From Cyanidioschyzon merolae (Eukaryota), in assembly GCA_000091205.1 (NCBI GenBank), contig AP006492.2: a stretch of 64,000 bases of DNA. The stretch is one strand, 5' to 3'. Numbering within the stretch: position 1 is the stretch's first letter; each line of letters opens with the position of its first letter. A program made the translations under genes and the position numbers. The notes below the pieces were generated by a model. The model was not told the origin of the DNA. It did not search any database and saw only the letters and a list, made by a program, of their open reading frames with translations. Positions 1 to 12,342 of the stretch are shown here, piece after piece.

Positions 1-299
1 CATGGAAAACTGCTCCGGCGGAATCACACGTTTGCGTCAACGAACCGCCGTATAGATTGCAAAGCAAGCGTCACCTCGGCGTTACCTAGGAAAGCAACGT
101 CTGACTGTAAACGGGTTTCTTTCTGGCGGGCCGTTTCCGACCTGCCAACAGCGCTAACGAACGAAAATCTATAGCGTTGCTGTTGCGGCAGGATCTATGC
201 ACCTCTTTCGTAGATGGGATGGAGCCTCTTTCATGACCTCTTCATGGGCTTTCCGTTCAAATTGTTCTGCAACAAGGTACGTTGAGCAGCAGAAGATGG

Positions 300-1610
300 A
301 CTTCAATATGCAGTGTACTCTATAGATCGTAGAAGAATTGCTTGTAGGATACACATTCTTTCCTGAAGAGTTCCAGGAGAACTCGAATTCTCCTTCGGAT
401 GAGTCTTAACACAGTACACAGATGCGTGATTCACACGGAAAGAAAGAATCAGATGCGCTCCGCTCCAGAAACCGATATTTTCAGAGACTTTTTGAGGTCA
501 CTGGTAGAGAACAACTGATTGATCGCTATAGAGAAAACCCGAGCGGCGAGCATGGACACCACGGGAGTCTCTGTTTCTCAACAGCTCGTTCCCGGGATCC
601 TGAAAACACTGGGATACAGTCGGAAAAATGAATCCTATTTCAAGCACGGCCGTCTTGCACGGAAATCGCAACGGTAGCATTCCTGGAAAGCCGCTATCCG
701 GAGAAAGCACCGGAACGTCGGTTTGTTTTTCAGTCGATGACACTTGCTTCGGATGAAACGGTCAGAACGTATATTGGTAATCGCGGAGACAGAGCATGTT
801 ATCTGTACGAGTGAGCTCGAAGAGAACAAAGATATCATCATCGATTCTAGCTAGAGTGGATACACTCGGCGGCGTCAGTCGCGCTCGTGGAGCAGGCTCG
901 CTCGACAGCACCCATTGGCCTAATAATTGAATACTTTTCACCTGAGGTCTGGTGACGTCCTTCTATTGAACAACGTAGCATTTCGCCATCCACTTGCGGT
1001 TGGGATTCTGCCGATTCGATCAAGGGTTAGAGTAGCTTTCCATTCCTGCGCACACTCCATGTTTCAACCCTATTGCATGAGTGTTTTCTATTGTGAATCC
1101 TATTGATCGCTTCAGTGGGCAAATCGCAAAATCGCTCTGTACAGGGTGACACTCTGGCACATGGTGTCTTTCATCCGCATTGACCATCTCCTCCGGCAAG
1201 GCCCTCATATAAGGGTATATAGAAGCGCGTTCATTTCCAAAAAAAAAATAAGGAATGAGCCGCAGTGCGCACTTCAGTAGGCCGAGATGGAGCGCCGGCA
1301 GCCAAGCGCATCGGTAATAGAGAAGCACGCAGAGCTGACAGAGCCCCAAATGGTACTAATGGCACGAGTTCGAGGAATCGGTGTACTGATGAGTTCCATT
1401 AGAGGCAATGCACGCATGGAATTCATAAACCGAGGCGTCAACGCCGCCACCAACATCAGGAGATGTTCAGCGCTCCAGACGAGACCTGCGGAGCATTCGC
1501 GAGCGAACGTTATCGTGATGCTTCTCAGGCTCCAAGTTTGCATGGAGAAACTGTAACCGATAGCAGGGAGCCGGTAAAAAAGGCTGAAAGGCGTCTGGGC
1601 ATACCTATTA
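300..1610 (+). mobile_element. Copy A of a ~1.3 kb repeat family encoding a degraded TnpB/Fanzor-like RuvC nuclease remnant (approximate ends)
   Basis: ORF 1287..1556 ends in ...EFINRGVNAATNIRRC..., which matches the RuvC-III R-D-x-N-A-A-x-N-I motif of TnpB/Fanzor. ORF 422..631 (...LCFSTARSRDPENTGIQSEK) and flanking DNA (cccagtgttttcagg at ~590 in reverse complement; tatagatcgtaga at ~330) match copies at 31.5-32.8 kb and 48.8-50.2 kb in inverted orientation. The reading frame is broken by stops. Confidence 0.45.
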
Positions 1611-2809
1611 ATTTCCATTAGATGCTCGTGAAACGTTGTCGCTCCATCGGGCATATTCCAAGATAGATACTTTTTACTCATACGTTTGATATCAGGGCCA
1701 GGGGTCGTTTACACAGCGGTGCGACGTTCATCTGCAAGACGATATACGTCGATGCTCGCAAAGTGCTTCAGAAAGCGCTGCACAAAAGCGCATAGCGAGT
1801 CTGAACGTTGACGATGAAGTCGTCAGCGGCACCTGTCCGCAAAGGCCACGACACCCAAGTAACATGGACGACAAAACGCTTCAGGAGCCAGCCATCTGCA
1901 AAAATCTCTGTTCCTCGAACGTCTCCTGAGTGCTCTGCCCGACAGCAGAACAGGCGACAACCAGTACCCTGATGGGATTCATTGCGGAAACATAGGTACA
2001 TTGTCGCCGCCAAGGCATTCTGAGGTGCAATGAGCGAGGTGCGTTGTCTGACAAGCGTTTGCAAGACAAAAGTTGTGCATGCGAACGCCTCGAATGCTAC
2101 CGTCTACGTGCCCGCCTCATTCGAAGACTCGGCATACGCTAGTCGCAACGTGTCCAATACGGTACACGCACCGCGTTTATCATGTTGGCACTGCCGCTGT
2201 CCCGAAGCTGTCGTCTCGAACGAGGCGTCTGTAGTGATTCCTCGTGGTACGCGGCACCCGTCTGCATACGCGTAGCAGCTGCTGGCGCAATCCATGGGCA
2301 CTCGAAGTGGATTCCCTCCAAAAGATGCAGGATATCACGATCATGCACCGTACTAGACGTATGGGCATCGGGAAGTGCTGTATCTACGGCCGAAGCGGCA
2401 CTGTACGAGACCGTAACACCATGAGCACAGGTTCTGGGAGGAATACTCGTCCGGAATCTATGCAAATTCGGAGGTGCAGTGCAATGAAACTCCAAAGATT
2501 TTCAGATCTTTATGCGTTGCTCGGGACGCCTGCGCTTCACTAGATCCCGGCTTTCGGGGCGTTAACGCGCCATCAGTTTTCTCGGTCCACGATGCATCAA
2601 GCGTCTCTCGACGACAGCAGACTACAGCGTGATCCAGGCCCGCGCACAGACTGCGGGGCAAGAGCAGCTCTGTTCCAGAGTTGCTAGGCTGAAAACACGC
2701 ACCACCAGGCGCGAGAGCACGAACTACGTTTTTCCATTAGAGCCCACCGCATCCGAACGAATATACGTCGCCATTACTAGTGCATACTGCTCGCAAAATG
2801 CAGATGGTG

Positions 2810-3946
2810 CTAAGGCGATTCCGCACTTCGCATTGCAAGCTTGTACTGTGCATGCCGCAGCTGTCGGACAACAGGGGCGCGGGCGCACCACATAGCTCCG
2901 TATGATGGAATTTTCACGCTGGGATCCGAGCTGAACCGGTGCGGATGCGGCGTCTGGTCGTCGCCAAGTGGCTGACACAAAAAGCCACGCACGACGAGGT
3001 ACGGTACCACTTCACGATACACTGGTGTATAACTATTCACCTCGAGTACGAGATGGTCGACCTTTTGGAGCCACCGCTGTCCAAGCGAGCGTAACGCATT
3101 CATATCATGGCCTTCGACGTCGATCTTCATGAAGAATATACCCTGGATGCGTTCGCCGCTCTGGCGCTGCCAACGATCCAGTAGTGTGTCAAGGCGAATG
3201 CTCTCCACTGATATAGACTGAACGGTGTCCTCAGAGTCATCCGCAGACTTAATATGTGCCATGCCAATGTTGCCCTCGTAGCGAGCGTAATGCACGTCCT
3301 TGCTTGGCTTTTCATCGATGGCATACTGGTGGATAGTCAGACGCTGAGCAATGGCAGTATTGAGGCGCGCGGAAAGGGCGACAGTAGCGGCGACATCTGG
3401 TTGCATCTCAAAGCTGTGCACCCGATGACCGAGCGCTGCCGCGAAGAGCGCAAACGATCCATAGTTCATACCGACGTCCATGACAATCTTGCCACGGCCG
3501 GCGGTCGGCTTCGATAGCCGTCGAACCAACGTAAAGACATTGTGCACGAACTCTCGGTCCCAGAAACCCCCATTACTCAGCATGCTGTCGCAAACGAGAT
3601 CAGGAGTCACGCACAGGAATGTATACGGATTGGGACGCTCTGTTGCGGGGAGCTCGGTGTCGTTTTCGGGCACATATCGGCCGAGCCGGTACTGCGACCA
3701 GCGCTCATTCGGTAAGCCCAAGAGGTACTTGAACGATTGCGTCTCCGAGTTGCTGATAATATTTCTGATCGCACGCGCGTCTACATACTCAGAGAGACGA
3801 TCTCTCGAGCTCGCCGTCAGCTGAGACGCTGGGAAGACCGCAAGCAGAAATACAACGGAGAACAAAACAAAAAACGAAAGCGCCTGGCGGTGCCACCTGC
3901 TGCGGTTCTTGCGGTAAGTTCGAAGCAAGATTTCCAAAATATTCAT
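2810..3946 (-). CDS. FkbM-family (Methyltransf_21) methyltransferase with N-terminal signal-anchor, probable type II membrane protein
   Basis: 378-aa ORF with an ATG start confirmed at 3944-3946. N-terminal hydrophobic segment FFVLFSVVFLLAVF. Core motifs KIVMDVGMNYGSFALFAAALGHRVHSFEMQP and FMKIDVEGHDMNAL match the FkbM methyltransferase signature (vDvGAniG ... AfEP ... KiDvEG). Confidence 0.65.
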   Translation of the reverse strand: MNILEILLRTYRKNRSRWHRQALSFFVLFSVVFLLAVFPASQLTASSRDRLSEYVDARAIRNIISNSETQSFKYLLGLPNERWSQYRLGRYVPENDTELPATERPNPYTFLCVTPDLVCDSMLSNGGFWDREFVHNVFTLVRRLSKPTAGRGKIVMDVGMNYGSFALFAAALGHRVHSFEMQPDVAATVALSARLNTAIAQRLTIHQYAIDEKPSKDVHYARYEGNIGMAHIKSADDSEDTVQSISVESIRLDTLLDRWQRQSGERIQGIFFMKIDVEGHDMNALRSLGQRWLQKVDHLVLEVNSYTPVYREVVPYLVVRGFLCQPLGDDQTPHPHRFSSDPSVKIPSYGAMWCARAPVVRQLRHAQYKLAMRSAESP

Positions 3947-4086
3947 GCCTGCGCACGAAAAGTGCCGAAGAAGTACAAAATGTTGACTCCGAAAAACGTC
4001 AATCCAAAAGTTGCAACGTGAGCATGCTCAGAGCTCCGCTGTGCGATGCAACGCAGCACTGCCGCCCGGTGCATGCGTTCCAGTCC

Positions 4087-4395
4087 GTGCGGTAAAATCG
4101 ATGCGGTAAGCAACATATTATGAGACACGAGTGGACAGTAATGGATCGATTGCCTTGCATGCCGTGCGGTAAGATTGATGCGGTAAGTATCCAATTATGG
4201 GACAAGAATGGTCAATAATCGATCGATCATGATGCATGTCGTGCGGTAAGCTTGATGCGGTAAGTATCCTATTATGAGACACTAGTGAACGACCATCCAT
4301 AGATTGCCTTGCATGTCGTGCGGTAGGAACGATGTGGTTAGCATCATATTATGAGACAATCATGATCAATAATCGATCGATCACCTCGCACGCTA
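4087..4395. repeat. Tandem repeat, 4 copies of a ~77-bp unit (gtgcggtaaNNtNgatgcggtaagNNNc.attatgagaca...)
   Basis: Units begin at 4087, 4164, 4241 and 4318, each with the gtgcggta(a/g)g core. They lie 140-450 bp upstream of the FkbM methyltransferase start on the minus strand. Confidence 0.85.
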
Positions 4396-5575
4396 ACAAG
4401 AGCACACTTCTCACAGACACGCACATCCCGCAGCTGGCAACTATACAGTAACACCAAAGCGATACTGGATTTGCATATCGCTACAGACGCGTACCGATAC
4501 CTGTCTTGGACTCAAAAGGATAATGTATTCTTGAGCAGAAGCGGATTCAATGGGAATCAATCCTGTTTCCGTACCAGGATGCCCTCTGCGCTGTACGAGC
4601 GCCTCGAAAGCATGTTCCCGCGGCGCAGAAGCGCGCCTGCGCAAGGCGATCAACGAGGGCGAGGTTGTCCAGTGGCCACCAGCTGTCGCGAAATTCAGCA
4701 CGCGTCCACGCGACTGTGTGGATCACGTGCCCGACTTCGTGCGTCGTGGCATTCCTGGTAATGCATCTGTGCTTGATACCATGCGCGTACATACATGAAA
4801 GTGCTTCATCTCGACGTTGCACCCAGAGCACGGGAGCCTGTGTCCTTGGCGCAGCACGGACCGGAGACGCAACCGTTCCAGGCGCCTCGTTGTCACAGAT
4901 GCAGCTCGAGCGCACGCGTCGGCTCATGCATGCGCAATGGAGAGCATCTCGAATACGTGCAAACGGCATACCAGCAACGAATTAAGATGCAACGGGTGCG
5001 CGGAAACTCGGCAACTGCAACGAGGGCGCCTTGCGCATGGATACAGTCGCACGGGGTGCGCTCCTGGAAATGGTATCCTAGAGCGCGCACCGTGCATTGC
5101 CAGCGTTGCCTAAACTCAACGTTTTCAGAGCAATTACTCCCTAGCTGCATGCAGCTACCAGCATGCCTCTTCGGAACACCGGCCTCTGCTCGACATCGCA
5201 TCATTTACCTCGGTGGTACCAGTTCAAAGTTCTCGGGCGGTGTTGCTCAAGAACGACTGCCGCCGGAAGTCCACGCTGCTGCAAGATTCGTGACCGTTCC
5301 TCTGTAGATGCTCTGAAAGAACGGGCGCGTCATCATAGAACATTCAAAATCATGCCAGTATCGCCAAATGGACGCCAAACCGCCTACCAGTACTGGGGAC
5401 GCATTGGAGCACCAGAGGCTTGATCAGCCCCGGACGTGTACGTCAACATCGCGCTGACGTGAGCATCGCATACCTGGGTGGACGCAAAACGCCCGGATCG
5501 TGGTGACCATGTCTCCAGATAAACCGATGCGACTTCAAGTCCGCAGCCTAAATACGCGATTCATGATGCATACGA

Positions 5576-6412
5576 TTAAACAATACGCTCCAGACCGCGT
5601 ATATACTCCATGGTGCGACTGACGGCTTCTTTCGCCAGCAGATATTGTGATGGTGCTTCCCTAATGTGATCTGAAGCGATGAAATGCACAGTCTCGTTTT
5701 GAACGACGTACTGCGTACAATCAAGCACACGTGCCAGCAGAGCGGGCACCTGTTCGACCGGCAAAGCTGCCATGCTCGCCAATTCTTCAAGCGTGACATG
5801 CGCATAGGCCTCCGCCCAACTCGTCACCATCTCCTGGATTGTCGTCTCCCGCAGAAGCTCGATAAAAGGCAACCACTCCGCACCTGCCTCAATGTGGAGG
5901 ATTTTCTGATAGCTGCCTTCCGTAAGCGCCTGCTCCACCTGAAAAGGAAAAAGCACGTATGGGTTCTGTTGCGGCTCTGTGGTAGGCAGCAGCTCCAACT
6001 CCATATGGTACTCTGCCAACCTGTTTTGTGCCAAGAGTCGCATCAGATTGAGTCCAACTAGGAGGTCGCGATGTGGCGACTGAATACCGGCTTGCCTGTC
6101 CAGCTCGTAGAGTGGCATTAGCTGCTGGATGTGACGCTCCATTGCCGCCCAGTCGCGTTCCATGACGGCGAGTCGCACACATAGTTCGTGAAACGTGCGC
6201 TCTGCCAGATGATCACCAACTCGGCGAAGCACCAGCTCTCTCTTTAGACTCGTGACCAGGTGATCGGCCTGCTGCTTCTCGGGCCCGCTGAGCGTACCAC
6301 GCTCCACCAAAACCTGCAAATCATGCAGGCTCGTAGTCACCGAAGCTGCTGCTGCTGCTGCTGCAGGTGAATCTGAGCCCGGCACGCCGTCCGTCATCGA
6401 TTCTGGTCTCAT
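5576..6412 (-). CDS. RPN12: 26S proteasome lid subunit Rpn12/PSMD8-like PCI-domain protein
   Basis: 278-aa ORF, ATG start confirmed. LMRLLAQNRLAEYHMELELLP, LTEGSYQKI and the C-terminal LLAKEAVSRTMEYIRGLERIV parallel recalled human PSMD8 (LLLLSQNRVAEFHTELERLP, LMEGSYNKV, ELAKQVIEYARQLEMIV). Contains a poly-Ala run from a (GCT)n tract at ~6335-6360. Confidence 0.65.
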   Translation of the reverse strand: MRPESMTDGVPGSDSPAAAAAAASVTTSLHDLQVLVERGTLSGPEKQQADHLVTSLKRELVLRRVGDHLAERTFHELCVRLAVMERDWAAMERHIQQLMPLYELDRQAGIQSPHRDLLVGLNLMRLLAQNRLAEYHMELELLPTTEPQQNPYVLFPFQVEQALTEGSYQKILHIEAGAEWLPFIELLRETTIQEMVTSWAEAYAHVTLEELASMAALPVEQVPALLARVLDCTQYVVQNETVHFIASDHIREAPSQYLLAKEAVSRTMEYIRGLERIV

Positions 6413-7355
6413 GCCGTCAGCCTAGTGTGGTACAAGCGAATGAGCAGCAAAAGAGAAACAGGGATGCGAACGTATTTTCGAAACGCGCGCGTTCGCTAGC
6501 ACTTGGAGTACAGCCCACAGTTCTCCGATCTCGCTGTCTGGTAACACTGTTGTCCTTGCCGCGCCGGCGATGCGTGCGCTCCCTGCCTTGGGTCCGTCGA
6601 GAAGCGTACCAGTTGCGCACTTCTCTCGCTTACGCACCGTAGATGCGCTGCGCGTTGTAACAAAATGAGACGCGCCAGCCACAACGACTTGTTCTGCACC
6701 AAGAGTCTCTGAAACGCTGTGCAGCCCAGACCTAAACGACACCGGTTTTGGGCTCGCTCGCACTTGCGTTTACCTGCGTTTGCGTTTCGTCAACACCACC
6801 GCGAACGCAGAGCGTTTCAGCGACGGGAGCCGCGGCTCTGGTGTCGCGCGTTCCATGCAAGGGTGCATATGGGCGCTTTCTGTTTCCCGTGCATATCGAC
6901 CTGTGCAACACGTACAGTGTCCCATCGTAATGCAATGAATGTCTTGAATCATGTTGAATTGTCTGCTACATTGAAGCAGAGGGTGTTTCAGGATGGAGTC
7001 TCTTGAAAAATAAACCTATCCATATAGGGAACAAATTGTCCTCACGTGTCGCAACGAGTGACTTGCGCCACATGTACACAGCGTCCTATCGTCATGTAAC
7101 GAATATCTTGCAGAATGTCAATTAGTACGTTACATTGAAGCACCAGATTTTTAAAGGCTGAGCATCCCTGAAAAAAAATACGTACTTATTTTGCAAAACA
7201 AGCAGAGTACACTCCCGCAACTACCAACTTGCGCGATACCAGCGCTCAAGAAACAAGCACGATCGTACTCGCAGGGACGTTTTCTGTTCTGTTTGTGTGC
7301 CGTGCAACTTTACAACGAAAAAAGCCACTGGTTCACAGCCATCAAACTGTGCCGT

Positions 7356-8705
7356 ATGCTAGGAACAGATCAGCGCATAAATTCTGATACATTGCTGCGA
7401 CGTGCTCCCAGGTTTTACTGTGGAAGCGGGTTCGTGTTTGCGGCGCTGCCGCCGTGGCTGGAGCCACGGACTGCGTGCAAGCACCGTGCCAGGTCGCCGG
7501 TACCACTGCAACGGCATCCGCGGCTGTTCCAGCGCTGCGGTACCTCAGTAAGTCGCCACGCTTTAATTACGCTCCGGGCGAAGAATGAACGACCGTCACC
7601 TCCGTGGCAGCTCATTCTATCGTTCGCGGCGCTCGTGGTGTTTGGTGCCCCACTTGTGAAGCCACTCGTGGATACGCTTGCGACGCACGTTGCACCGGGT
7701 TCTCAGGTGGCGTTAAGGACGTCTAGTGCACTGAGTGAAGAGGAAATTGCTGAAAAACTGCGCGTCATTCCTGTTTTCTGTGTTACGGACCGCGAAGGTC
7801 GACCGATTCTCACAGAAGTTGGGTCGGCGTCGAACACCCCGGCTGGTGCAGCGGCCCAGGCCGAGCTGGACGAACCCGAAACCTTGAGTGGTGCTCTAGG
7901 CTTGCTGGATATCGACTCGCAACAGCGAGTTCAAAAGCGGAGAGCAGGGCCTGCCACGGCGCACCGCATCGGCAGCTTTTACCTGAGCTATGACGATGCC
8001 TCGCGTTTCCTAGAACAGCTCTCGGAACGAAGCGCACAAGACAAGCAGAATCTCATTCGGGATGCTCGTATTGTCGTTGTTCCCCTCGATGAGGCGCTTA
8101 GCTTCGTGACGCCACGCGAAGGTGGCCGTGGCAAAGTGCCAGACCCGTCCGATGAGTTTCACCTTGTACCAAGTGAGCAGAGCGTGCGTTTTGCGGAGCG
8201 GGTGCTCAAAGCAAACGGGGCCCTAGGGGTGAATGCGCGCATACGAGGCGTCCCTCTGTTTACCATCCGCGGCTTTGCACTGCAGCGAGTCGTCGAGAAG
8301 GATGCTGGGGCGGGTTCAGAAGCGACCCAAGTATCTGAGACCGCGAACCTGTCAACCGAACCTTTGTTGCTCACACCAGTTTTCTTCACCCTGGATGATG
8401 TGCAGTTCGCATGGGATCGGTTGCGTCAAGTGAGCAATAATCAAGGAACCGCGCTGCCGTCGAAACTTCCTCTCGATCGAGTTTACGTAACGGATCTGCG
8501 TACGGTTATACAGGGAATGCGGCAAGGCTCGAGTGCCCTGGAACTCACCGACGGTAGCGCCGACTACCATTCCGTGGTGTTCTTGCCTTCGCGCTCCGCC
8601 ATGCCCGGAACACGCACGGATGCGAGCGGTTCGCAGCGTACAGACGCTCAGCCCGTTCTAGAAACGAGGGCTACCACTGAGCGCCATGATGGAGCCGGGC
8701 GCTAG
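7356..8705 (+). CDS. Tic22-like protein (plastid inner-envelope translocon / intermembrane-space chaperone family)
   Basis: Two Tic22-type repeats: KLRVIPVFCVTDREGRPILTE ... IGSFYLSYDDASRFLEQL, and IRGVPLFTIRGFALQ ... PVFFTLDDVQFAWDRL. Compare plant Tic22 GVPVF ... FRFLPD. The track ORF 7191..8705 starts on TTG. The first in-frame ATG is at 7356 and gives an Arg-rich, presequence-like N-terminus followed by a hydrophobic stretch LILSFAALVVFGAPLV. A gtaagt at ~7546 hints at a possible intron, so the true 5' end is uncertain. Confidence 0.55.
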   Translation: MLGTDQRINSDTLLRRAPRFYCGSGFVFAALPPWLEPRTACKHRARSPVPLQRHPRLFQRCGTSVSRHALITLRAKNERPSPPWQLILSFAALVVFGAPLVKPLVDTLATHVAPGSQVALRTSSALSEEEIAEKLRVIPVFCVTDREGRPILTEVGSASNTPAGAAAQAELDEPETLSGALGLLDIDSQQRVQKRRAGPATAHRIGSFYLSYDDASRFLEQLSERSAQDKQNLIRDARIVVVPLDEALSFVTPREGGRGKVPDPSDEFHLVPSEQSVRFAERVLKANGALGVNARIRGVPLFTIRGFALQRVVEKDAGAGSEATQVSETANLSTEPLLLTPVFFTLDDVQFAWDRLRQVSNNQGTALPSKLPLDRVYVTDLRTVIQGMRQGSSALELTDGSADYHSVVFLPSRSAMPGTRTDASGSQRTDAQPVLETRATTERHDGAGR

Positions 8706-10497
8706 AACCGCCTCGCGTGCCGCACAGAGCATCGGGACGCTGGATGGAATGTACGTTTTGCGGACGGGTGCTCCGTCTTGAACTCATACAACCAACATGT
8801 GGAACCGTCGTTTATCTTGCATGAAAGACGCAGAGTCATCTCCGAGCAGGTCGCTGAGCGTGTCATGCTCCAGAAAAACAGACTAGCTGGGACACTCGAC
8901 GGGACGAGCGTACCAGTCCCTGAGCTGGAAACGCGATCGCATCTTGTTTTATACATGAACGCCAGCGGCGACATATGGCAAATGTGGAGACTGTCGTGGT
9001 TTCGACCGTCTACGCAGCAGCACGCTGTATACCATAGCGGCAGCTTGTACCCTATCTTGAGCCGGACGAAAACGTACGCGCAACAAACGTAAACATTCCA
9101 GGGGTGTGTACCATCCGGTGCACATGCTTTCGCACGGCTTGCACGGAGACGAGCCTTAGGCGCCAAAGTGCGCTATGGTGCCTTACGGTACGCTAGCAGG
9201 TGCTCAATAACAGGATAAATGTGCACGTGTCATCAAGAGGTTCCTCAAGCTCCGCGAAGGTCAGGCAATCTCCGCTCCACTCGGGGATCGCCTGCGACAA
9301 GAGCGCAGCTCGGAGGCGCACGCTTTTCAAGGCGAAGCGCCTCCGGCCGGCATTTACCAAACTCAAAGGTTGCATAGATGCCAGCGCAATCGAGGGGAAC
9401 GTGCTACCAAGCTGGACTTCACGGCAGTGCACGTGTTCGGCAGCAAAGGCAACCACGAGCACCCGTCCGCGAACTGGGCGAAAACACGAAGGCAAGTACG
9501 CTTTTCGAACAGAAACTCGGATGCTTGGATGATGCCGGCTCCGTACCAACGCTCCATCACGTGTGCGTCGCTGCGCGGTCGATGAGACACCTGTCCATGA
9601 AGGCATGGAGCACTTCATGCGCCAGCGAACGCCACGATACAGCGAGATGAAGCGCGCGATCATGCGCACGAACAAGACGATCCGATGAGATTTGCCCTTG
9701 CGACAATATGGGATAAATTGATAACGCAGACGCCACGATCTGATGAGATTTGCCCTTGGGACAATGATGTACAAGCATGACATCGCATGAACGCAAACGC
9801 AACTTTTGGATGCCTGATATTGTGAACGATACGGCCGTACCAAGCAGCAGCAGCAGCAACCATTGCAAGTGACCTCTGTACACCCGCAATGAGTACGCAA
9901 CAGCCGCCAGTGGCAAAGGAACAACGCACTGTTGGGTATCGGGACGCTCCGTGCAAGTCGCAGTGCGAACTCATATACAGCAACGACCGCTGTCGCCTCT
10001 GCTGCAGGCCGGATAGAGCGTCCGATTCCTGTGCTGTCGCATGACGCTGCAGCCGCGAACGCGCCTACATCAGAAAGCCATGGCGGTTTTATGGATTGCG
10101 CTTCAGTCCGGAGCGCAACCGCGCCTCCTGGACAGATCACAGAATCATCGCTGGTGCCGGCTCAGCGTGTCCTGCTCATGACAGTAGCAACGACCATGGA
10201 CTCACAAGAATACAACCCAGTGAGTGTATAGCGTCGTCAGCTAGCAATCAGTTCAACATTTGCTGCGGAAACAGCGCACTTCATAAAGAGATGACCAGCA
10301 AAAGCGGTGCGCACGCGCTCACAAACATCGCTTCATCCCGGCGTTTGGCGTACGCCCGTGCACACCCGTGCAACGCGCTGCGTAACGATCTCAGTTGTGC
10401 AGGAATCCCAACAGCTTACTCGCTATCCTGCGAGTCCGGCTCCTGAATCAACAACACACAACTCAAAAAAGCAGCACAGGACGCGTTTCGTGAATCC

Positions 10498-12342
10498 TCA
10501 CTTGCACGCCGCCATCATTTCACGCAACTCCGCTTCAGTGAGAAATCCACGCATCAAATTCGGAAGCGTACCAGCGTTCGCAAACGGCTTCAGCGACCAG
10601 TTATGGAGATCAAAGTACACCAGCTGGTTACCGCTCGATGAAATGGACTTGGCATCAGACGGATCTGGAGCAAGGCTCTCGACGCCTGGTCCCGATCGTG
10701 CAAACCACGTCTTGAGCTCCTTGTGATACCGCCAACCTCGATTGAACAACTCCAGTGCAGCATATACTTGTACCAAATCACGCGGATATCCGTAAAAGAT
10801 AAGGATTAACGTCTCCGTTGAAAAGCGTTTGAAATGCGCAGGTTTCAAGCTCACTGTGCATGCGCTGTAACAAGACGGCAGAGCCGCAAATGCATCGAGC
10901 GAGTTGCCCACAGTCTCATCTGTTCGGGTATCCTCCAATGGTGCACCATTTCGTGATAAATCGGGACCAAACGGAGACGAAAACGAAGGATACAACGGCT
11001 CCGCGCTGTTCAGATTCAGACCCAGGGCCGTCAGGTCTACCCCGTGCGCCAATAGCGACAGGTCCGCATTCTGCGAGCGAATCGTCGCCAAGAGTCCCAG
11101 CATGCCGTACGGTGAGCCCCAGGTGCCGTTCTCCGCACCTGCCGCCTGACCCGACGCAGTCCCCGAGCCGTGGGCCAAGTTCAAGAGATTCAGCGCCATG
11201 GACGTCGCGCTGGCCGCAGCGGTCCCAGCTGCAGAGAAGACGCCCGACCGAGCACCAGCTTCAGTGGAAAACTGGCCCATTCCTAGTCGTGCACTCGGAT
11301 TCGGCTCGGCATTGAGTCGCGTACTCCACTCTGGGGCATCGGAGCGTGATCCTGCCGGGCCCGAAGACGACGACGCCGACGACGTTGTTGTTGTTGTTGT
11401 TGTTGCAAGCGATGCCAGCGTCGGCAAGGATGGAGGCGTTGCCAGCGGTGCTGAGGGTAACGGCGGTGGCGCTGATGGCGTTGCTGGTGCTGGCCCTGCT
11501 GCGTACGGCGGCAGCGAAGTGGGCGCTGTCGATGATCCCGTGGCGGATGGTGCTCCAAGGAAGCCGACCGTCGATGTCGACGACGCCGGCGGTATCGACA
11601 TCGCCGCCAGAGCACCGGTACCCGAGGCTCCGTTCCCGGCACCTGCTCCAGTACCAGCAACGAAGGAGTTGGGCACTGCGCCAGCCGTCACGTTGCCACC
11701 TATGGTTCCCAAGGATGGGTTCAGTCGAGAATGGACACCGAGCGTGGCCGGGTTCTGGAGTTTTGATCCCAGCGCCGGAAAGTCTCGCGCAGTAAGCTCC
11801 ACCCGCTGCGACATCGAATACGGGCTCCCCAGAACCCGACCGTACCCCATCATTGCATTGCCAGCTCCCGAGTTGTTCGCTGACTCTCCAAGAGAAGCCT
11901 GCGACGTTGCACCCTGCCCATGATTCAGCATCATTCCCACACCAAGAGCCGGGAAATCCGTCAGGTCGAAAACTGCAGTCTGTTGGCCCATGTGTGACTC
12001 ACTTGACGCGGGCGGTGTTTGGCCCAGTGGCGGAAACAGAGGCGAGCCACTGGTCAGGAGTGCAGGCGACACCGTCAGACCAGCGCTCGTTGTTGCTGTT
12101 GTTGTTGTTGTTGCTGCTGCTGCTGAGGCGTTGAGCGGGCCGCTCCCAAACCCAGCGTTGGAGTCATTAGCAGGGCCAGCTGAAGCCGGCGGTGTGGTCG
12201 CTAACGCGCCGCTTGCTAGCGCAGACGGCCCGTGTAGCTGTTGTGCGAACGACTGGAAGCGCCCAAGAAGCGGCGGGCTCCATCCAGCGCTCCCCGAAGT
12301 CGTCAGACCCTGGCCTCCGCCAGCGCCAGCGTTCGTTGGCAT
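10498..12342 (-). CDS. CCR4-NOT complex subunit NOT2 (CNOT2)-like, C-terminal NOT-box, with a long Ala/Gly/Ser/Thr/Pro-rich low-complexity N-terminal region
   Basis: C-terminus TLILIFYGYPRDLVQVYAALELFNRGWRYHKELKTWFAR...LVYFDLHNWSL matches the CNOT2 NOT-box (FYIFYSMP...ELFNRDWRYHKEERVW). The track ORF extends to 12363 on a GTG; the first ATG is at 12340-12342. An upstream exon cannot be excluded. Confidence 0.65.
   Translation of the reverse strand: MPTNAGAGGGQGLTTSGSAGWSPPLLGRFQSFAQQLHGPSALASGALATTPPASAGPANDSNAGFGSGPLNASAAAATTTTTATTSAGLTVSPALLTSGSPLFPPLGQTPPASSESHMGQQTAVFDLTDFPALGVGMMLNHGQGATSQASLGESANNSGAGNAMMGYGRVLGSPYSMSQRVELTARDFPALGSKLQNPATLGVHSRLNPSLGTIGGNVTAGAVPNSFVAGTGAGAGNGASGTGALAAMSIPPASSTSTVGFLGAPSATGSSTAPTSLPPYAAGPAPATPSAPPPLPSAPLATPPSLPTLASLATTTTTTTSSASSSSGPAGSRSDAPEWSTRLNAEPNPSARLGMGQFSTEAGARSGVFSAAGTAAASATSMALNLLNLAHGSGTASGQAAGAENGTWGSPYGMLGLLATIRSQNADLSLLAHGVDLTALGLNLNSAEPLYPSFSSPFGPDLSRNGAPLEDTRTDETVGNSLDAFAALPSCYSACTVSLKPAHFKRFSTETLILIFYGYPRDLVQVYAALELFNRGWRYHKELKTWFARSGPGVESLAPDPSDAKSISSSGNQLVYFDLHNWSLKPFANAGTLPNLMRGFLTEAELREMMAACK

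Noticed and set aside
4087-4395. CRISPR-like appearance of the regularly spaced repeats
   Set aside because: The units are contiguous with no unique spacers, the unit is 77 bp, and the context is eukaryotic. This is a minisatellite.
9193-10140. 315-aa Cys-rich minus-strand ORF, plus overlapping ORFs on both strands
   Set aside because: No motif. Overlapping long ORFs in several frames are expected in ~60% GC DNA, so this is likely intergenic. A short direct repeat at ~9672-9766 explains part of the similarity between frames.
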